Positions 1 through 8,923 of a stretch of DNA of 64,000 nucleotides are shown piece after piece. The notes beneath the pieces were generated by a model that was given only the letters and a program-made list of their open reading frames with translations, did no database searches and was not told the DNA's origin. Numbering within the stretch: position 1 is the first letter of the stretch; the number at the start of each line of letters is the position of its first letter. This stretch comes from Minisyncoccota bacterium. Its GTDB lineage: Bacteria > Verrucomicrobiota > Verrucomicrobiia > Limisphaerales > UBA8199. The position numbers were made by a program, and so were the translations under genes. The stretch spans positions 109,941 to 173,940 of the forward strand of contig DAOTCE010000006.1 of NCBI GenBank assembly GCA_035452965.1. Direction: 5' to 3'.

Positions 1-1833
1 AGTGTCCTTCAAGGGTATGGTCCGGTTAAACACCAAGGTGGGGACGGTCGGACCACTCGGCCGGTCCTCCCGGCTAGATGACCCTGCCGTGCTGTCCTTA
101 TCAAGCGTGAAGTAACCCAGACGCTCAAACTGGTAGCGAAGCTCTGGTTTGGCATCCTTGAGGCTCGGCTCGCATTTGGCAGTCACAACCTCCAAAGAGT
201 GCGGGTTGAGATGCTGCTTGAAGTCGCCGCTGGCATCAGGCTCGGCGACGGTGAATAGACGGTCATAGAGCCGCACCTCAGCGTCGATGGCATGCGCGGC
301 GCTAACCCAGTGGACTGTGCCTTTGACTTTGCGGGCGGCGGTGGGACCGCCGGTCTTGCTGCCGAGGTCGGCGGTGCAGCGGAGTTCCACCACCTGCCCG
401 GCAGCGTCCTTGACCACTTCGTCGCACTTGATGATGTAGGCGTACTTGAGGCGCACTTCGCCGCCCGGACGCAGGCGGAAGTATTTAGGCGGCGGTGTCT
501 CCATAAAGTCGTCGCGCTCAATGTACAACTCGCGGCCGAAGGGGACCTTGCGCTTGCCGGCGCCCAGGTCCTCGGGGTTGTTGACGGCTTCCACTTCTTC
601 GACCTGGCCGGCGGGGCAATTGGTGATGACGACCTTGATCGGGCGGAGCACGGCGAGGCGGCGGAGGGCGCGGCGGTTGAGGTCCTCTCGCATGCAAAAC
701 TCCAGGACGGACACGTCGGTGATGCCGTTGTACTTGGTGATGCCGATATTGTAGGCGAAGTCGCGCAGCGCCTCCGGAGTGACGCCGCGCCGCCGCAGAC
801 CGCTGATGGTCGGCATGCGGGGATCGTCCCAGCCGGAAACGAGGTTCTCGTTGACGAGCTGCATCAGCTTGCGCTTGCTCATCACGGTGTAACCCAGGCT
901 CAGGCGGGCGAATTCATACTGGTGCGGCAGGGGCCGAGGCAAGTCTAGCTGTTCGAGTATCCAATCGTAGAGCGGGCGGTGCACCTCGAACTCCAGCGTG
1001 CAAATCGAGTGGGTGATACCCTCGATGTAATCGCTAAGGCAGTGGGCAAAATCGTACATCGGGTAAATGCACCATTTGGCGCCCGTATGGTGATGCTCGG
1101 TGTGGCGAATGCGGTACAGGACCGGGTCGCGCATCCAGATATTCGGCGACGCCATGTCAATCTTCGCGCGCAGCGTGCGCGTGCCATCCGGGAACTCGCC
1201 ATCCTTCATCCGGATGAAGAGGTCCATGTTTTCCTCGACGGAACGGGTTCGGAAAGGGCTCTCCTTGCCGGGGCGCTCCGGCGAACCGCGATACTTGTCA
1301 GTGTCTTCGGCGGAAAGGTCGTCCACGTAGGCGACACCCTTCTTGATAAGCTGCAAGGCGTATTCGTAGGTTTGGTCGAAATAGTCGCTGGCGTAGAAGG
1401 GCTCCAGCGGGATGTTGGACGTTCCTGTTATCGGCGCCAGGTAGAAATCAGTTTTGCCGCTGACGGTCTGGGCTTCGGCCAGTTTGCCCTTGGGCTTGAA
1501 CCCGAGCCGGTCATCCGCCCAGGCGCTGATGAGCCATTTCACATCTTCGGTGATGGAGTCCACATACTCGACGTCTTCCTTGGTTGGGTTGGTGTCGTCC
1601 ATGCGCAGGTTGCAGATGCCGCCGAACTCGCGGGCGATGCCGAAGTTGAGGCAGATGGATTTGGCGTGCCCGATGTGCAGGTAGCCGTTCGGTTCCGGAG
1701 GGAAGCGGGTGTGGATTTGCGGGTATTTCTTCTCGGCCACGTGGGCGGCGACGATGTCGCGGATGAAGTCCGAGGGAGCCGCAGCGGCGCCGGCCGCGGT
1801 GGCAGGTTCAGAAGCTTTATTAGCCATAGTCAT
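1..1833 (-). CDS. glnS: glutaminyl-tRNA synthetase (C-terminal end runs off the left edge of the window)
   Basis: My own reverse-strand translation from the ATG at 1833 gives [10 protein letters not shown]...[26 protein letters not shown] (class I HIGH motif), then [11 protein letters not shown] (KMSKS-type motif). It ends ...[12 protein letters not shown] at nt 1 without a stop. It is absent from the ORF track because no stop codon lies inside the window. The long + strand ORFs 292..948 and 979..1836 are its antisense shadows. Confidence 0.9.
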   Translation of the reverse strand, partial: MTMANKASEPATAAGAAAAPSDFIRDIVAAHVAEKKYPQIHTRFPPEPNGYLHIGHAKSICLNFGIAREFGGICNLRMDDTNPTKEDVEYVDSITEDVKWLISAWADDRLGFKPKGKLAEAQTVSGKTDFYLAPITGTSNIPLEPFYASDYFDQTYEYALQLIKKGVAYVDDLSAEDTDKYRGSPERPGKESPFRTRSVEENMDLFIRMKDGEFPDGTRTLRAKIDMASPNIWMRDPVLYRIRHTEHHHTGAKWCIYPMYDFAHCLSDYIEGITHSICTLEFEVHRPLYDWILEQLDLPRPLPHQYEFARLSLGYTVMSKRKLMQLVNENLVSGWDDPRMPTISGLRRRGVTPEALRDFAYNIGITKYNGITDVSVLEFCMREDLNRRALRRLAVLRPIKVVITNCPAGQVEEVEAVNNPEDLGAGKRKVPFGRELYIERDDFMETPPPKYFRLRPGGEVRLKYAYIIKCDEVVKDAAGQVVELRCTADLGSKTGGPTAARKVKGTVHWVSAAHAIDAEVRLYDRLFTVAEPDASGDFKQHLNPHSLEVVTAKCEPSLKDAKPELRYQFERLGYFTLDKDSTAGSSSREDRPSGPTVPTLVFNRTIPLKDT

Positions 1834-2280
1834 TGAATGTGGGGCGGAGGGTAACAGGAGGTTCGGGCAATGTCCAATTTGCTTTCCTTCCGCAAAGCCC
1901 TCGGGTGTTGTCGCGCTCGGTCCGGGCGTTGTCATGTCTCTTGCATCCGTCATTGTCCGCCACATGGTCGCCCATGGCTTTTTCCACTGCTTCGACGCCC
2001 TTCCAAACCTCGCAGGATTGAGCCTAAGTGCGTGATTTCGCGAATCCACTAACTTATTGCCTACCCATTGCGCAGAATCCCAGCTTGGCCGGCATCTGTT
2101 GGAATTGTCTCACCGAGCGGGTAAGAAGCTCAAGACCTGCGCCGCAAGCCGGGTGATTCTGGCCACGCCCGCCGAGCGCCGCCCCAACCACTGGATCCAC
2201 CCGTCCTCCTCCTGGGCGCGAGGCACGCCAACCCCAAAGCCAGCTACGGCGCTGCGACGGCGACCATCCAGTGGGACTAC

Positions 2281-2322
2281 GGTGTGTATCCCATGAGGGT
2301 CGACCCACATGGGATACACACC
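2281..2322. repeat. 42-bp near-perfect palindrome in the glnS/purN spacer
   Basis: GGTGTGTATCCCATG (2281-2295) and CATGGGATACACACC (2308-2322) are exact reverse complements. The 12-nt centre AGGGTCGACCCA is itself palindromic (GGGTC/GACCC), so 20 of 21 arm positions pair. A second inverted repeat, CCACTGGAT 2188-2196 / ATCCAGTGG 2266-2274, lies just upstream. Confidence 0.8.
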
Positions 2323-2583
2323 GGGATGTAACAGGCTTCACGACGTGGTCGCCCGGTCACTTCTGGCTGTGGGAGGCTGTGAGGGCGGATGTGCTCGGGA
2401 GGCCTCACTGTCTCAAAAATGGACACGGCGCCGATTTCCACCCGGGCGCCTGTTCGGTTCAGGAATGGGGAATTGTATGAATGGATTGCGGTATCTAAGG
2501 GAGTGTTCACTATCCACGCCCCACCGGATGCGCTTACGTGCGCTCAGTGGGCGCACCACCTGCCATTGGCGTTCGTATGGCGT

Positions 2584-2639
2584 GATATCCGCTCGTGCTT
2601 AGCTCGTATTCCGCTGATATTCCGCTCATACTCCTGCTC
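2584..2639. repeat. five phased 11-bp direct repeats (candidate transcription-factor binding array)
   Basis: Consecutive units read from the sequence: GATATCCGCTC / GTGCTTAGCTC / GTATTCCGCTG / ATATTCCGCTC / ATACTCCTGCTC. The reverse-complement consensus GAGCGGAATAY resembles the TCACCGTATAC units at 40201-40246. Confidence 0.6.
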
Positions 2640-2760
2640 TCCGGCCGCTGCCGTGAACGTCCCGCGTAATGGCGTGCCGCTCAGGATGCGAGAAAGGAAT
2701 TGGTGGTTTGACACGACTTGGGGCTTGTGGAGTCTGCCGGTGTGGCTGTAAGAAAGCGGC

Positions 2761-3390
2761 GTGATGGTTGAACGCAAATTCCGCATCGGGGTGCTGGGCT
2801 CGGGCAAGGGCTCGAACTTCGTGGCTATTGCCGACGCCTGCCGGATGGGCACAGTGGCGGCGGAAGTGGCACTGGTGTTGAGCGACGTGGCAGAGGCGGG
2901 CATCCTTGAGCACGCGAACGATCGAGGAATTCCAGCGCGATACATTCCACCCGGCAAGTATCGCACCAGGCTGGAAGAGGAGACGGAACGAGCGTACATC
3001 GAGGCGCTGCGCGCCGCCGAGGTGGATTTGGTTGTGCTGGCTGGGTTCATGCGGGTGCTCAAGGAAGCGCTGCTGGGCGCCTACGCGAGGCGCATCATCA
3101 ATATTCACCCGTCCCTGCTGCCTGCTTTTCCCGGGCTGGAAGCCTGGAAGCAGGCTTTGGCGCATGGGGTGAAGGTGACAGGATGCACGGTGCATTTCGT
3201 GGATGCGGGGGTTGATTCCGGCCCCATCATCGGCCAGCAGACCGTGCCGGTTTTGGATGAAGATACGCCCGAGACGCTGCACCAGCGCATTCATGCGGCG
3301 GAACACGTCTTGTATCCGCGATGCGTCGCAGCAATTGCGCGCGACGACATCACCGTCCGAGGCAGGCGCGTGCTGTGGCGCACGGCCTGA
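2761..3390 (+). CDS. purN: phosphoribosylglycinamide formyltransferase
   Basis: Track ORF 2761..3390 (GTG start, ATG at 2764). Hallmarks: IGVLGSGKGSNF, INIHPSLLPAFPGL, GCTVHFVDAGVDSGPII. Confidence 0.9.
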   Translation: MMVERKFRIGVLGSGKGSNFVAIADACRMGTVAAEVALVLSDVAEAGILEHANDRGIPARYIPPGKYRTRLEEETERAYIEALRAAEVDLVVLAGFMRVLKEALLGAYARRIINIHPSLLPAFPGLEAWKQALAHGVKVTGCTVHFVDAGVDSGPIIGQQTVPVLDEDTPETLHQRIHAAEHVLYPRCVAAIARDDITVRGRRVLWRTA

Positions 3391-3519
3391 CCGGCTTGAG
3401 GCGGCGCCAAGAAAAAGGTCGCTTTGGCGGGGGGGTTGTGGCAAATAGGACCGTTCACACGAGCGGGCGAATCAGCGAAGTGCTCTTCGCGTCCTCGTGC
3501 CAGAGAGCCAATTAACAGC

Positions 3520-4401
3520 ATGAAGAAGAAGCACGCACTGCGGTTTGGGCTGCCCAAGGGCAGCTTGCAGGAGGCCACCATTGAGAAGATGGGCAAGGCC
3601 GGATTTAACATTTCAGTCGGCAGCCGCTCGTATATTCCCTATGTGGATGACGAGGAGCTGGAAATCCGGCTGATTCGGGCGCAGGAGATAAGCCGCTATG
3701 TTGAGCACGGTTACCTGGATTGCGGCATCACCGGCCACGACTGGATTCAGGAGAACGGCTCGAAAGTGCACGAGGTGGGTGAATTCCAGTTTAGCAAGGC
3801 GACGCGCCAAGCCGCCCGCTGGGTGCTGGCGGTGCCGGAGCACTCGCCAATTCAGTCCGTGAAAGACCTGCGGGGCAAGCGCATCGCAACTGAGGTTGTC
3901 AACCTGACAAAGAAATATCTGCGCCGGCACAAGGTCAAAGCCGAGGTGGAGTTTTCCTGGGGCGCAACCGAAATGAAGGCGCACGAGCTTGTGGACGCAA
4001 TCGTGGATATCACGGAGACCGGCTCGTCTCTGCGGGCAAACAAGCTGCGCATCGTGGACACACTGTTGACTTCAACCCCACGGCTGATAGCGAACCACTC
4101 CTCCTGGCAGGACACCTGGAAGCGGCAGAAGATCCAGAGGCTGGCGCTGTTACTTCAGGGCGCGCTCGAAGCAGAAACCAAGGTTGGCCTGAAGATGAAC
4201 GTGGCGCAAAAGAGTCTCCCAAAACTCCTGAAGGCTCTGCCCGCGCTGCGCAATCCGACCATTTCCAGTCTCAGCCAGGAAGGCTGGGTGGCGGTAGAGA
4301 CGATCATTGACGAGCATATCGTGCGCGAGATGATTCCCGCGCTGAAGGCCGCCGGGGCGGAGGGGATAATCGAGTATCCCCTCAACAAGGTGGTTTACTG
4401 A
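3520..4401 (+). CDS. hisG: ATP phosphoribosyltransferase (long form)
   Basis: Track ORF 3424..4401. The conserved protein begins at the internal ATG 3520: [18 protein letters not shown]...[18 protein letters not shown]. The upstream 32 codons open at a TTG and carry none of the motifs I recognised. Confidence 0.9.
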   Translation: MKKKHALRFGLPKGSLQEATIEKMGKAGFNISVGSRSYIPYVDDEELEIRLIRAQEISRYVEHGYLDCGITGHDWIQENGSKVHEVGEFQFSKATRQAARWVLAVPEHSPIQSVKDLRGKRIATEVVNLTKKYLRRHKVKAEVEFSWGATEMKAHELVDAIVDITETGSSLRANKLRIVDTLLTSTPRLIANHSSWQDTWKRQKIQRLALLLQGALEAETKVGLKMNVAQKSLPKLLKALPALRNPTISSLSQEGWVAVETIIDEHIVREMIPALKAAGAEGIIEYPLNKVVY

Positions 4402-4407
4402 GGCTGG

Positions 4408-6873
4408 TCAGGGTTGCGCGCCGGCCGATGCGGTTTTGGGCGGTTCGGCGCTGAACCGCAGGCCGTCCATATGCGAGCCGTTGGGCGTGCGCAGGCGCGC
4501 GCAGAAGGCCCAACCCTGGTTAAGCTGTGTCACTTTCAGCAGAACTCGGTTCCAACCCTCGGTCAGACTGACCTGCGCTTTGTCCGACGCGGGCTGCAAG
4601 CCGCGGAAGGTGTTGTTGGTGTGGACAACCTGGTCGTTCAACCAGACTTTCACTCCGTCGTCGGTGCCCAACTCAAGCAGCGCGGGCTGTTGCCGGTTGG
4701 AATAAACCCAATGGCGCGCGTAAGCAACGCGCTGATTGCCCCCCAAGGCTTGTAGCAAATCCATGATCCACGGGCGCTTCGCGTCGGGGCCAGGCGGCAT
4801 CGCCTTCCACTCGACGTCTTGGGCAGCGGGGTTTTCGGGCGGGAAAGCGATGTCGAACAGTTCGTTGTACTCCTTCCCGTTCTGATGATAGGGCCCGGCA
4901 ATTTGCCATGTCATGATGTGGTCAGCGCCGTCCTGGATAACCTTCAAGGCCTCCTCGGTGGCCTTCCGCGCGCCGGAGTCCGAGATGGCCACCAGCACCC
5001 TCGCCAAGGCATTGGTCGCCGCCTCCGCCTGCGCATAAGGCAGAGCAGTGGCGATCCTGGTAATGGTCTGGCCGGCCTCGAGCTGAATGGACGATTCTCT
5101 CAACATCGGTTCGGCAAGTGCAAGCGCTTGAGGGTCGGGAATCTCGGCGAGGCCAGCCAGCACGACGCGCTTCTGGTCCGCGCTCAAGTCCGTGGCGAGG
5201 ATAGTCCTGAGGGGCTCTATCTGCTCCCTCGCCGGCAGCTTGATCGATTCCTCCTGGGTGGTAAGGCGCACACAGGTGCGAATAGCCAAGGTGCGGAGAT
5301 TCTCTTCTGGCGCCTCGCAAGCGACCCTGAGGGCGTCAGGCAACAGCTCAGGATCACAGGAATCACAAAGTGCGCGAATGGCGGCGGCACGAACCCGTGA
5401 ATCGGAGGCCGCGACAGCAGCGCGCAGGGCTGCGCGGGTCTTGGGATCAATCTGACCGCCGCACACTGGGAGGAGAGCAATGCGGGTATCAGTGGTGCCG
5501 GTCGCTAACGCTTCCAGCAGAGGCTCCGTGTTCACGCGGCCACGCCGGATTTGAGCCTGGTGGCAGGCGGAGCTGAGGGCTTCAACAGCCTCAGCACGGG
5601 GGGTGTCGGTCTTTGCCTCCGCCACAAACTTGACCATGGCGTCCAATTCGGCGTCGTCCACAAGCACGGCCAACGCCTTGAGTGCCGCTTTACGGGCCGA
5701 CCCAGACCCCTGCCGCACCAACTCCATCAATTTGGGAACCGCCAACTTGTCACCGCGCTCGCCCAGCGCGCGAGCGATTTCAGCCTGGATATCGGGTTTG
5801 GCATCGGGCAAAACCCGAAGCAGTGTTTCGGTTGGATTGCCTCGCTGCAGCTGCACCAATGCCCGCCGGGCAGCTCTTTGCTCCTCGCCGTTCGAGGACG
5901 CCGCGCAGGCTGACAACACAGGAACCATCGAGGCATCACCCAGAATGCCCAGCGCGTTAATAGCCGCCAGCCGCACCTCGGGCGCAGGGCTGCTCACGGT
6001 CGCTGCGATGGCTGGCGTCGCGGATATATCACCGCGCTGGCTCAAGCCTTCAACCAGGGCGGCCTGGACCGGGTGATCAACTCCGCTTAGCAAGCCAACC
6101 ATGGTCTCGGTCGCATCGGGAACAGTCACTACGCCTACCAGTTGCAGCGCAGCGGTCTGGCTGGGACCATCCTTGCCAGTGATGGCCCGGGACATCAAAG
6201 GCAGGGTCTCTTTTCCGGAAGACTGGATCATTCCGCGATAGGCAGCAGTACGGACAGAGTCCCTTCTCTCAGAATCGTAAAGCTGCTGATAGATCGCCAT
6301 AGCCTTTGATTGGCTGCCTTCCACCAGAAGGCGGCTGGCGCAGCGGAGGCACGCATCCACGATTGCGTCACGGACAGGCCCCGCGGAATCCGGACGAGCG
6401 GCACACAGTGCTTTAAGGCCTCTGGGAGCGTCGACTTGGCCCAAAGCAGTTGCTGCGGCGGCAGCCACCTGAGCGTCGTGGTCCTTGAGCAATTTGACCA
6501 GACCAGATACTGCTCGTTTCTCGGCCCGCAAACCAAGAGAGTTAATAATGCCGACTTTCGTCAACGATGCGGTCCTGGGCAATGCGTCGATCAAAGCATG
6601 CCCTGCTTTGACAGAGGACATGGATTCAAGTGCATAGCGAGCGGAATGAGAGAGTTGCTCGTCGGTAAGCAGCGCCGCGAGCGCGGGAACCGACCGGTCT
6701 GTGCCAATGAGCTTGAGCCGCGCGCAAGCGGCATCTTTCTCAGCTGCGGATGAACCGGATTTCAAGACTGCGATCAGGCGTTGCTCCTCGTTCGTTGTCG
6801 CGGCCTGCGCTGAAGTGCGAATTGCAGGCAGCAGGATGCTGAGAGTCAAGATCAGGAGGGGGAGTCTTCTCAT
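4408..6873 (-). CDS. secreted HEAT-repeat protein with C-terminal beta-sandwich (jelly-roll-like) domain
   Basis: Track ORF 4408..6969. Signal peptide MRRLPLLILTLSILLPAIRTSAQA starts at the internal ATG 6873. Repeated helical units of the type LGxxGDxxAVPxLxxLL. The C-terminal ~190 aa contain ...DDGVKVWLNDQVV...GWNRVLLKV. Paralog of 36660..38630. Confidence 0.75.
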   Translation of the reverse strand: MRRLPLLILTLSILLPAIRTSAQAATTNEEQRLIAVLKSGSSAAEKDAACARLKLIGTDRSVPALAALLTDEQLSHSARYALESMSSVKAGHALIDALPRTASLTKVGIINSLGLRAEKRAVSGLVKLLKDHDAQVAAAAATALGQVDAPRGLKALCAARPDSAGPVRDAIVDACLRCASRLLVEGSQSKAMAIYQQLYDSERRDSVRTAAYRGMIQSSGKETLPLMSRAITGKDGPSQTAALQLVGVVTVPDATETMVGLLSGVDHPVQAALVEGLSQRGDISATPAIAATVSSPAPEVRLAAINALGILGDASMVPVLSACAASSNGEEQRAARRALVQLQRGNPTETLLRVLPDAKPDIQAEIARALGERGDKLAVPKLMELVRQGSGSARKAALKALAVLVDDAELDAMVKFVAEAKTDTPRAEAVEALSSACHQAQIRRGRVNTEPLLEALATGTTDTRIALLPVCGGQIDPKTRAALRAAVAASDSRVRAAAIRALCDSCDPELLPDALRVACEAPEENLRTLAIRTCVRLTTQEESIKLPAREQIEPLRTILATDLSADQKRVVLAGLAEIPDPQALALAEPMLRESSIQLEAGQTITRIATALPYAQAEAATNALARVLVAISDSGARKATEEALKVIQDGADHIMTWQIAGPYHQNGKEYNELFDIAFPPENPAAQDVEWKAMPPGPDAKRPWIMDLLQALGGNQRVAYARHWVYSNRQQPALLELGTDDGVKVWLNDQVVHTNNTFRGLQPASDKAQVSLTEGWNRVLLKVTQLNQGWAFCARLRTPNGSHMDGLRFSAEPPKTASAGAQP

Positions 6874-6913
6874 GGCGGTGTCTGGCAGGGTGACGGGATG
6901 GGTGGGCACGGGT

Positions 6914-8233
6914 TCAGATACACCAGGGCGGGCGCTTGGCGATCGCGAGAAAGCGATTGGCCTCGTCATCCTTTATGAACTGCTCAGCCTCGGGATCCCA
7001 TTTGAGGCTGCGTTTCAACTGCTTGGCGACGCCGCCCAACAGCAAGGCGCTGGCGGCGCGGTGAGCGATGTCCGCATCGCAGATCGGCTTCTGCCGGGTG
7101 CGGACGCAGTCCAGGAAGTTGCCCGCGTGGCTCCTGCTGTGGTATAGGTGCAATTCGTTCGGCCGGAGCGGCTCGCGCACGATGTCCGGCGGATCCGACA
7201 CCAGTGCATCGCGGTCCACGGCGATGCGGCCTTCGGTGCCGACGAAGACCCCGCCGCCGACGTTGCCAACCGCTTCGCCCGGATAGGCTTTACCATAAAC
7301 CACGATCCCGCTGGCGTACTTATAACAGGAACGATCTTCCTCCATGAAGATCTCCACCGGTCCCGTGTCGTCGGCCGCCGCGGCCCACTGGACTATGTCG
7401 TAGTGGTGCTGCCCCCAGTTGAGTTCGCCGATGTCAAAGCGGTGCGCGCTGGCATTGCCGTCGTAAGGGATCCAAGGCGCGGGACCCAGGTAAAGGTCCC
7501 AGTCCAGACCATCGGGCACTGGCTTGGCGGAGCCAAATCGCTGTGGCCAGAAGACGCCGCCGCCATCCCGATAGGCGTAGATAGCCTGCAACTTGCCAAT
7601 GCGGCCGCTGCGGATGAATTCGCAGGCGCGACGGAATTTACCGTCGTATTCGCTGCGCTGCTGAGTGCCGGCTTGAAAGACGCGGCCATACCGCCGCACC
7701 GCCGCGAGCATAGCCTGGCTCTCGCGCACGGTCACCGCGGTCGGCTTCTCGCAATAGATATCCTTGCCCGCCTCGGCAGCCATGGCGGTCATTATGGCGT
7801 GCCAGTGGGCGGGGCTGGCGATCAACACGGCGTCTATGTCGGCCCGGTCGAGGACCTGGCGAAAGTCCGTATACGCTTCGCACGACTTGTAGTTGCCGAC
7901 GCCGTAAATCTCGGCGTAGTGGTCGTTCACTTTCTTGCAGGCGTTTTCGCGGCGGTTGCGCCAGACATCGCAAACGGCCAATACGTGAACATCCTTGCGC
8001 CCCGCATAGCCCCCGGCGACATATGTCCATGCGCCGCCCAGCAAGTGGCCGCCCCCCTGGCCGCCGACGCCGATGAACCCCATCGTGATGCGTTCGCTGG
8101 GCGAGAGCGCCCCGCCCCGGCCAAAAACTGACGCCGGAACGATTGTCGGCGCGGCGAACGCGGCAGCAACGACGGTGGTGGATTGGCGTAGGAAATGGCG
8201 GCGGCTGACGGGTGGTGCGGGCTTCATATTCAA
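6914..8233 (-). CDS. Gfo/Idh/MocA family oxidoreductase with twin-arginine (TAT) signal
   Basis: N-terminus VSRRHFLRQSTTVVAAAFAAP, followed by the Rossmann motif GFIGVGGQGGG and the family-typical EKP motif (YCEKPTA). Confidence 0.85.
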   Translation of the reverse strand: MNMKPAPPVSRRHFLRQSTTVVAAAFAAPTIVPASVFGRGGALSPSERITMGFIGVGGQGGGHLLGGAWTYVAGGYAGRKDVHVLAVCDVWRNRRENACKKVNDHYAEIYGVGNYKSCEAYTDFRQVLDRADIDAVLIASPAHWHAIMTAMAAEAGKDIYCEKPTAVTVRESQAMLAAVRRYGRVFQAGTQQRSEYDGKFRRACEFIRSGRIGKLQAIYAYRDGGGVFWPQRFGSAKPVPDGLDWDLYLGPAPWIPYDGNASAHRFDIGELNWGQHHYDIVQWAAAADDTGPVEIFMEEDRSCYKYASGIVVYGKAYPGEAVGNVGGGVFVGTEGRIAVDRDALVSDPPDIVREPLRPNELHLYHSRSHAGNFLDCVRTRQKPICDADIAHRAASALLLGGVAKQLKRSLKWDPEAEQFIKDDEANRFLAIAKRPPWCI

Positions 8234-8318
8234 GTGCTGCGCAACTGGATAGTTTGAAACCTAGCGAGCTGGTTGGTGAATGTCGAGCGCCGGACATTCT
8301 GTGAGAAAATGGCTCTTG

Positions 8319-8335
8319 CAACTGAGTCTCAATTG
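8319..8335 (+). promoter_or_regulatory. 17-bp palindrome upstream of feoA (candidate metalloregulator operator)
   Basis: CAACTGAG-T-CTCAATTG, with 7 of 8 arm positions complementary, lies 77 nt upstream of the proposed feoA start at 8412. It does not match the classical E. coli Fur box. Confidence 0.3.
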
Positions 8336-8411
8336 TCCTACTCTGCCGACAGTGAAACAGAAGCTGTTGCCCGAACTCGCGGTTCTCGAAGGTTGTCGTG
8401 CCGGACATGCG

Positions 8412-8651
8412 ATGTGCCCCCTCAGTCGGGTGCGTACCGGGACAGTCGTCTGCATCAAGAAGCTTGTCACATCCCCCGAGGTCACCGACCGGTTGCGGGA
8501 ATTGGGCCTTTGTGAGGAGCAGCGGATCAAACTCCTGGCCAGGCAATCGAATTTCATTTGTCAGGTCTGCAACGCGCGGCTGGCGATTTCCGGTGAACTG
8601 GCAGACTCGATCATGGTGGAAGCTGTCCCGGCATCCACCCAGCGGGCTTGA
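8412..8651 (+). CDS. feoA: FeoA-domain protein (copy 1)
   Basis: Track ORF 8280..8651. FeoA-like core MCPLSRVRTGTVVCIKKL...RLRELGLCEEQRIKLL...ICQVCNARLAISGELADSIMVE. The start at 8412 is chosen to match the usual FeoA N-terminus and is uncertain. Confidence 0.7.
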   Translation: MCPLSRVRTGTVVCIKKLVTSPEVTDRLRELGLCEEQRIKLLARQSNFICQVCNARLAISGELADSIMVEAVPASTQRA

Positions 8652-8680
8652 GTCGCGCCGACTTGCCCCACAACGAAGCC

Positions 8681-8923
8681 ATGCCCCCCTCCCTCCAACC
8701 CTTGACTTCGCTTGCCTTAGGGACCACGGCCACCGTCGTTGATATCAAACTGCCCTCCGAAACGCGGCCGCGATTGATGGAAATGGGCTTGCTGGTGGGA
8801 ACTCCGGTTGAGCTTGTGCGTTTTGCTCCGCTCGGCGATCCGGTGGAGATCAAGGTTCGCGGTTACCATTTGACTTTGCGCAAGCACGAAGCGGAGCAGA
8901 TTCTGGTGCAAGTTAATGGGTAA
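8681..8923 (+). CDS. feoA: FeoA-domain protein (copy 2)
   Basis: Track ORF 8648..8923 (TTG). The ATG at 8681 gives MPPSLQPLTSLALGTTATVVDI...RLMEMGLLVGTPVELVRFAPLGDPVEIKVRGYHLTLRKHEAEQILV. Confidence 0.7.
   Translation: MPPSLQPLTSLALGTTATVVDIKLPSETRPRLMEMGLLVGTPVELVRFAPLGDPVEIKVRGYHLTLRKHEAEQILVQVNG

Noticed and set aside
2400-2480. Possible ZTP (pfl) or other purine-related riboswitch, or a terminator hairpin GGCGCC...GGCGCC followed by a T-run on the minus strand, upstream of purN
   Set aside because: The sequence around CGGGTGGAAATCGGCGCC does not reproduce the pfl consensus as I remember it (no GGGTCGTGAC or CCGCCTGGGC elements). The stem is only 6 bp with a 12-nt loop.
2584-2639. Possible CRISPR array (also considered for 18344-18390 and 40201-40246)
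   Set aside because: The units are only 11 bp and directly abut one another with no spacers. There are no cas genes in the window. These are tandem binding-site-like repeats, not CRISPR.
2389-2751. 120-aa + strand ORF (and 2054..2341 -, 2057..2296 +) in the glnS/purN spacer
   Set aside because: Trp/Arg/Cys-rich composition and no motifs, and they overlap the palindromes and the 11-mer array. I treat the spacer as non-coding, with moderate confidence.
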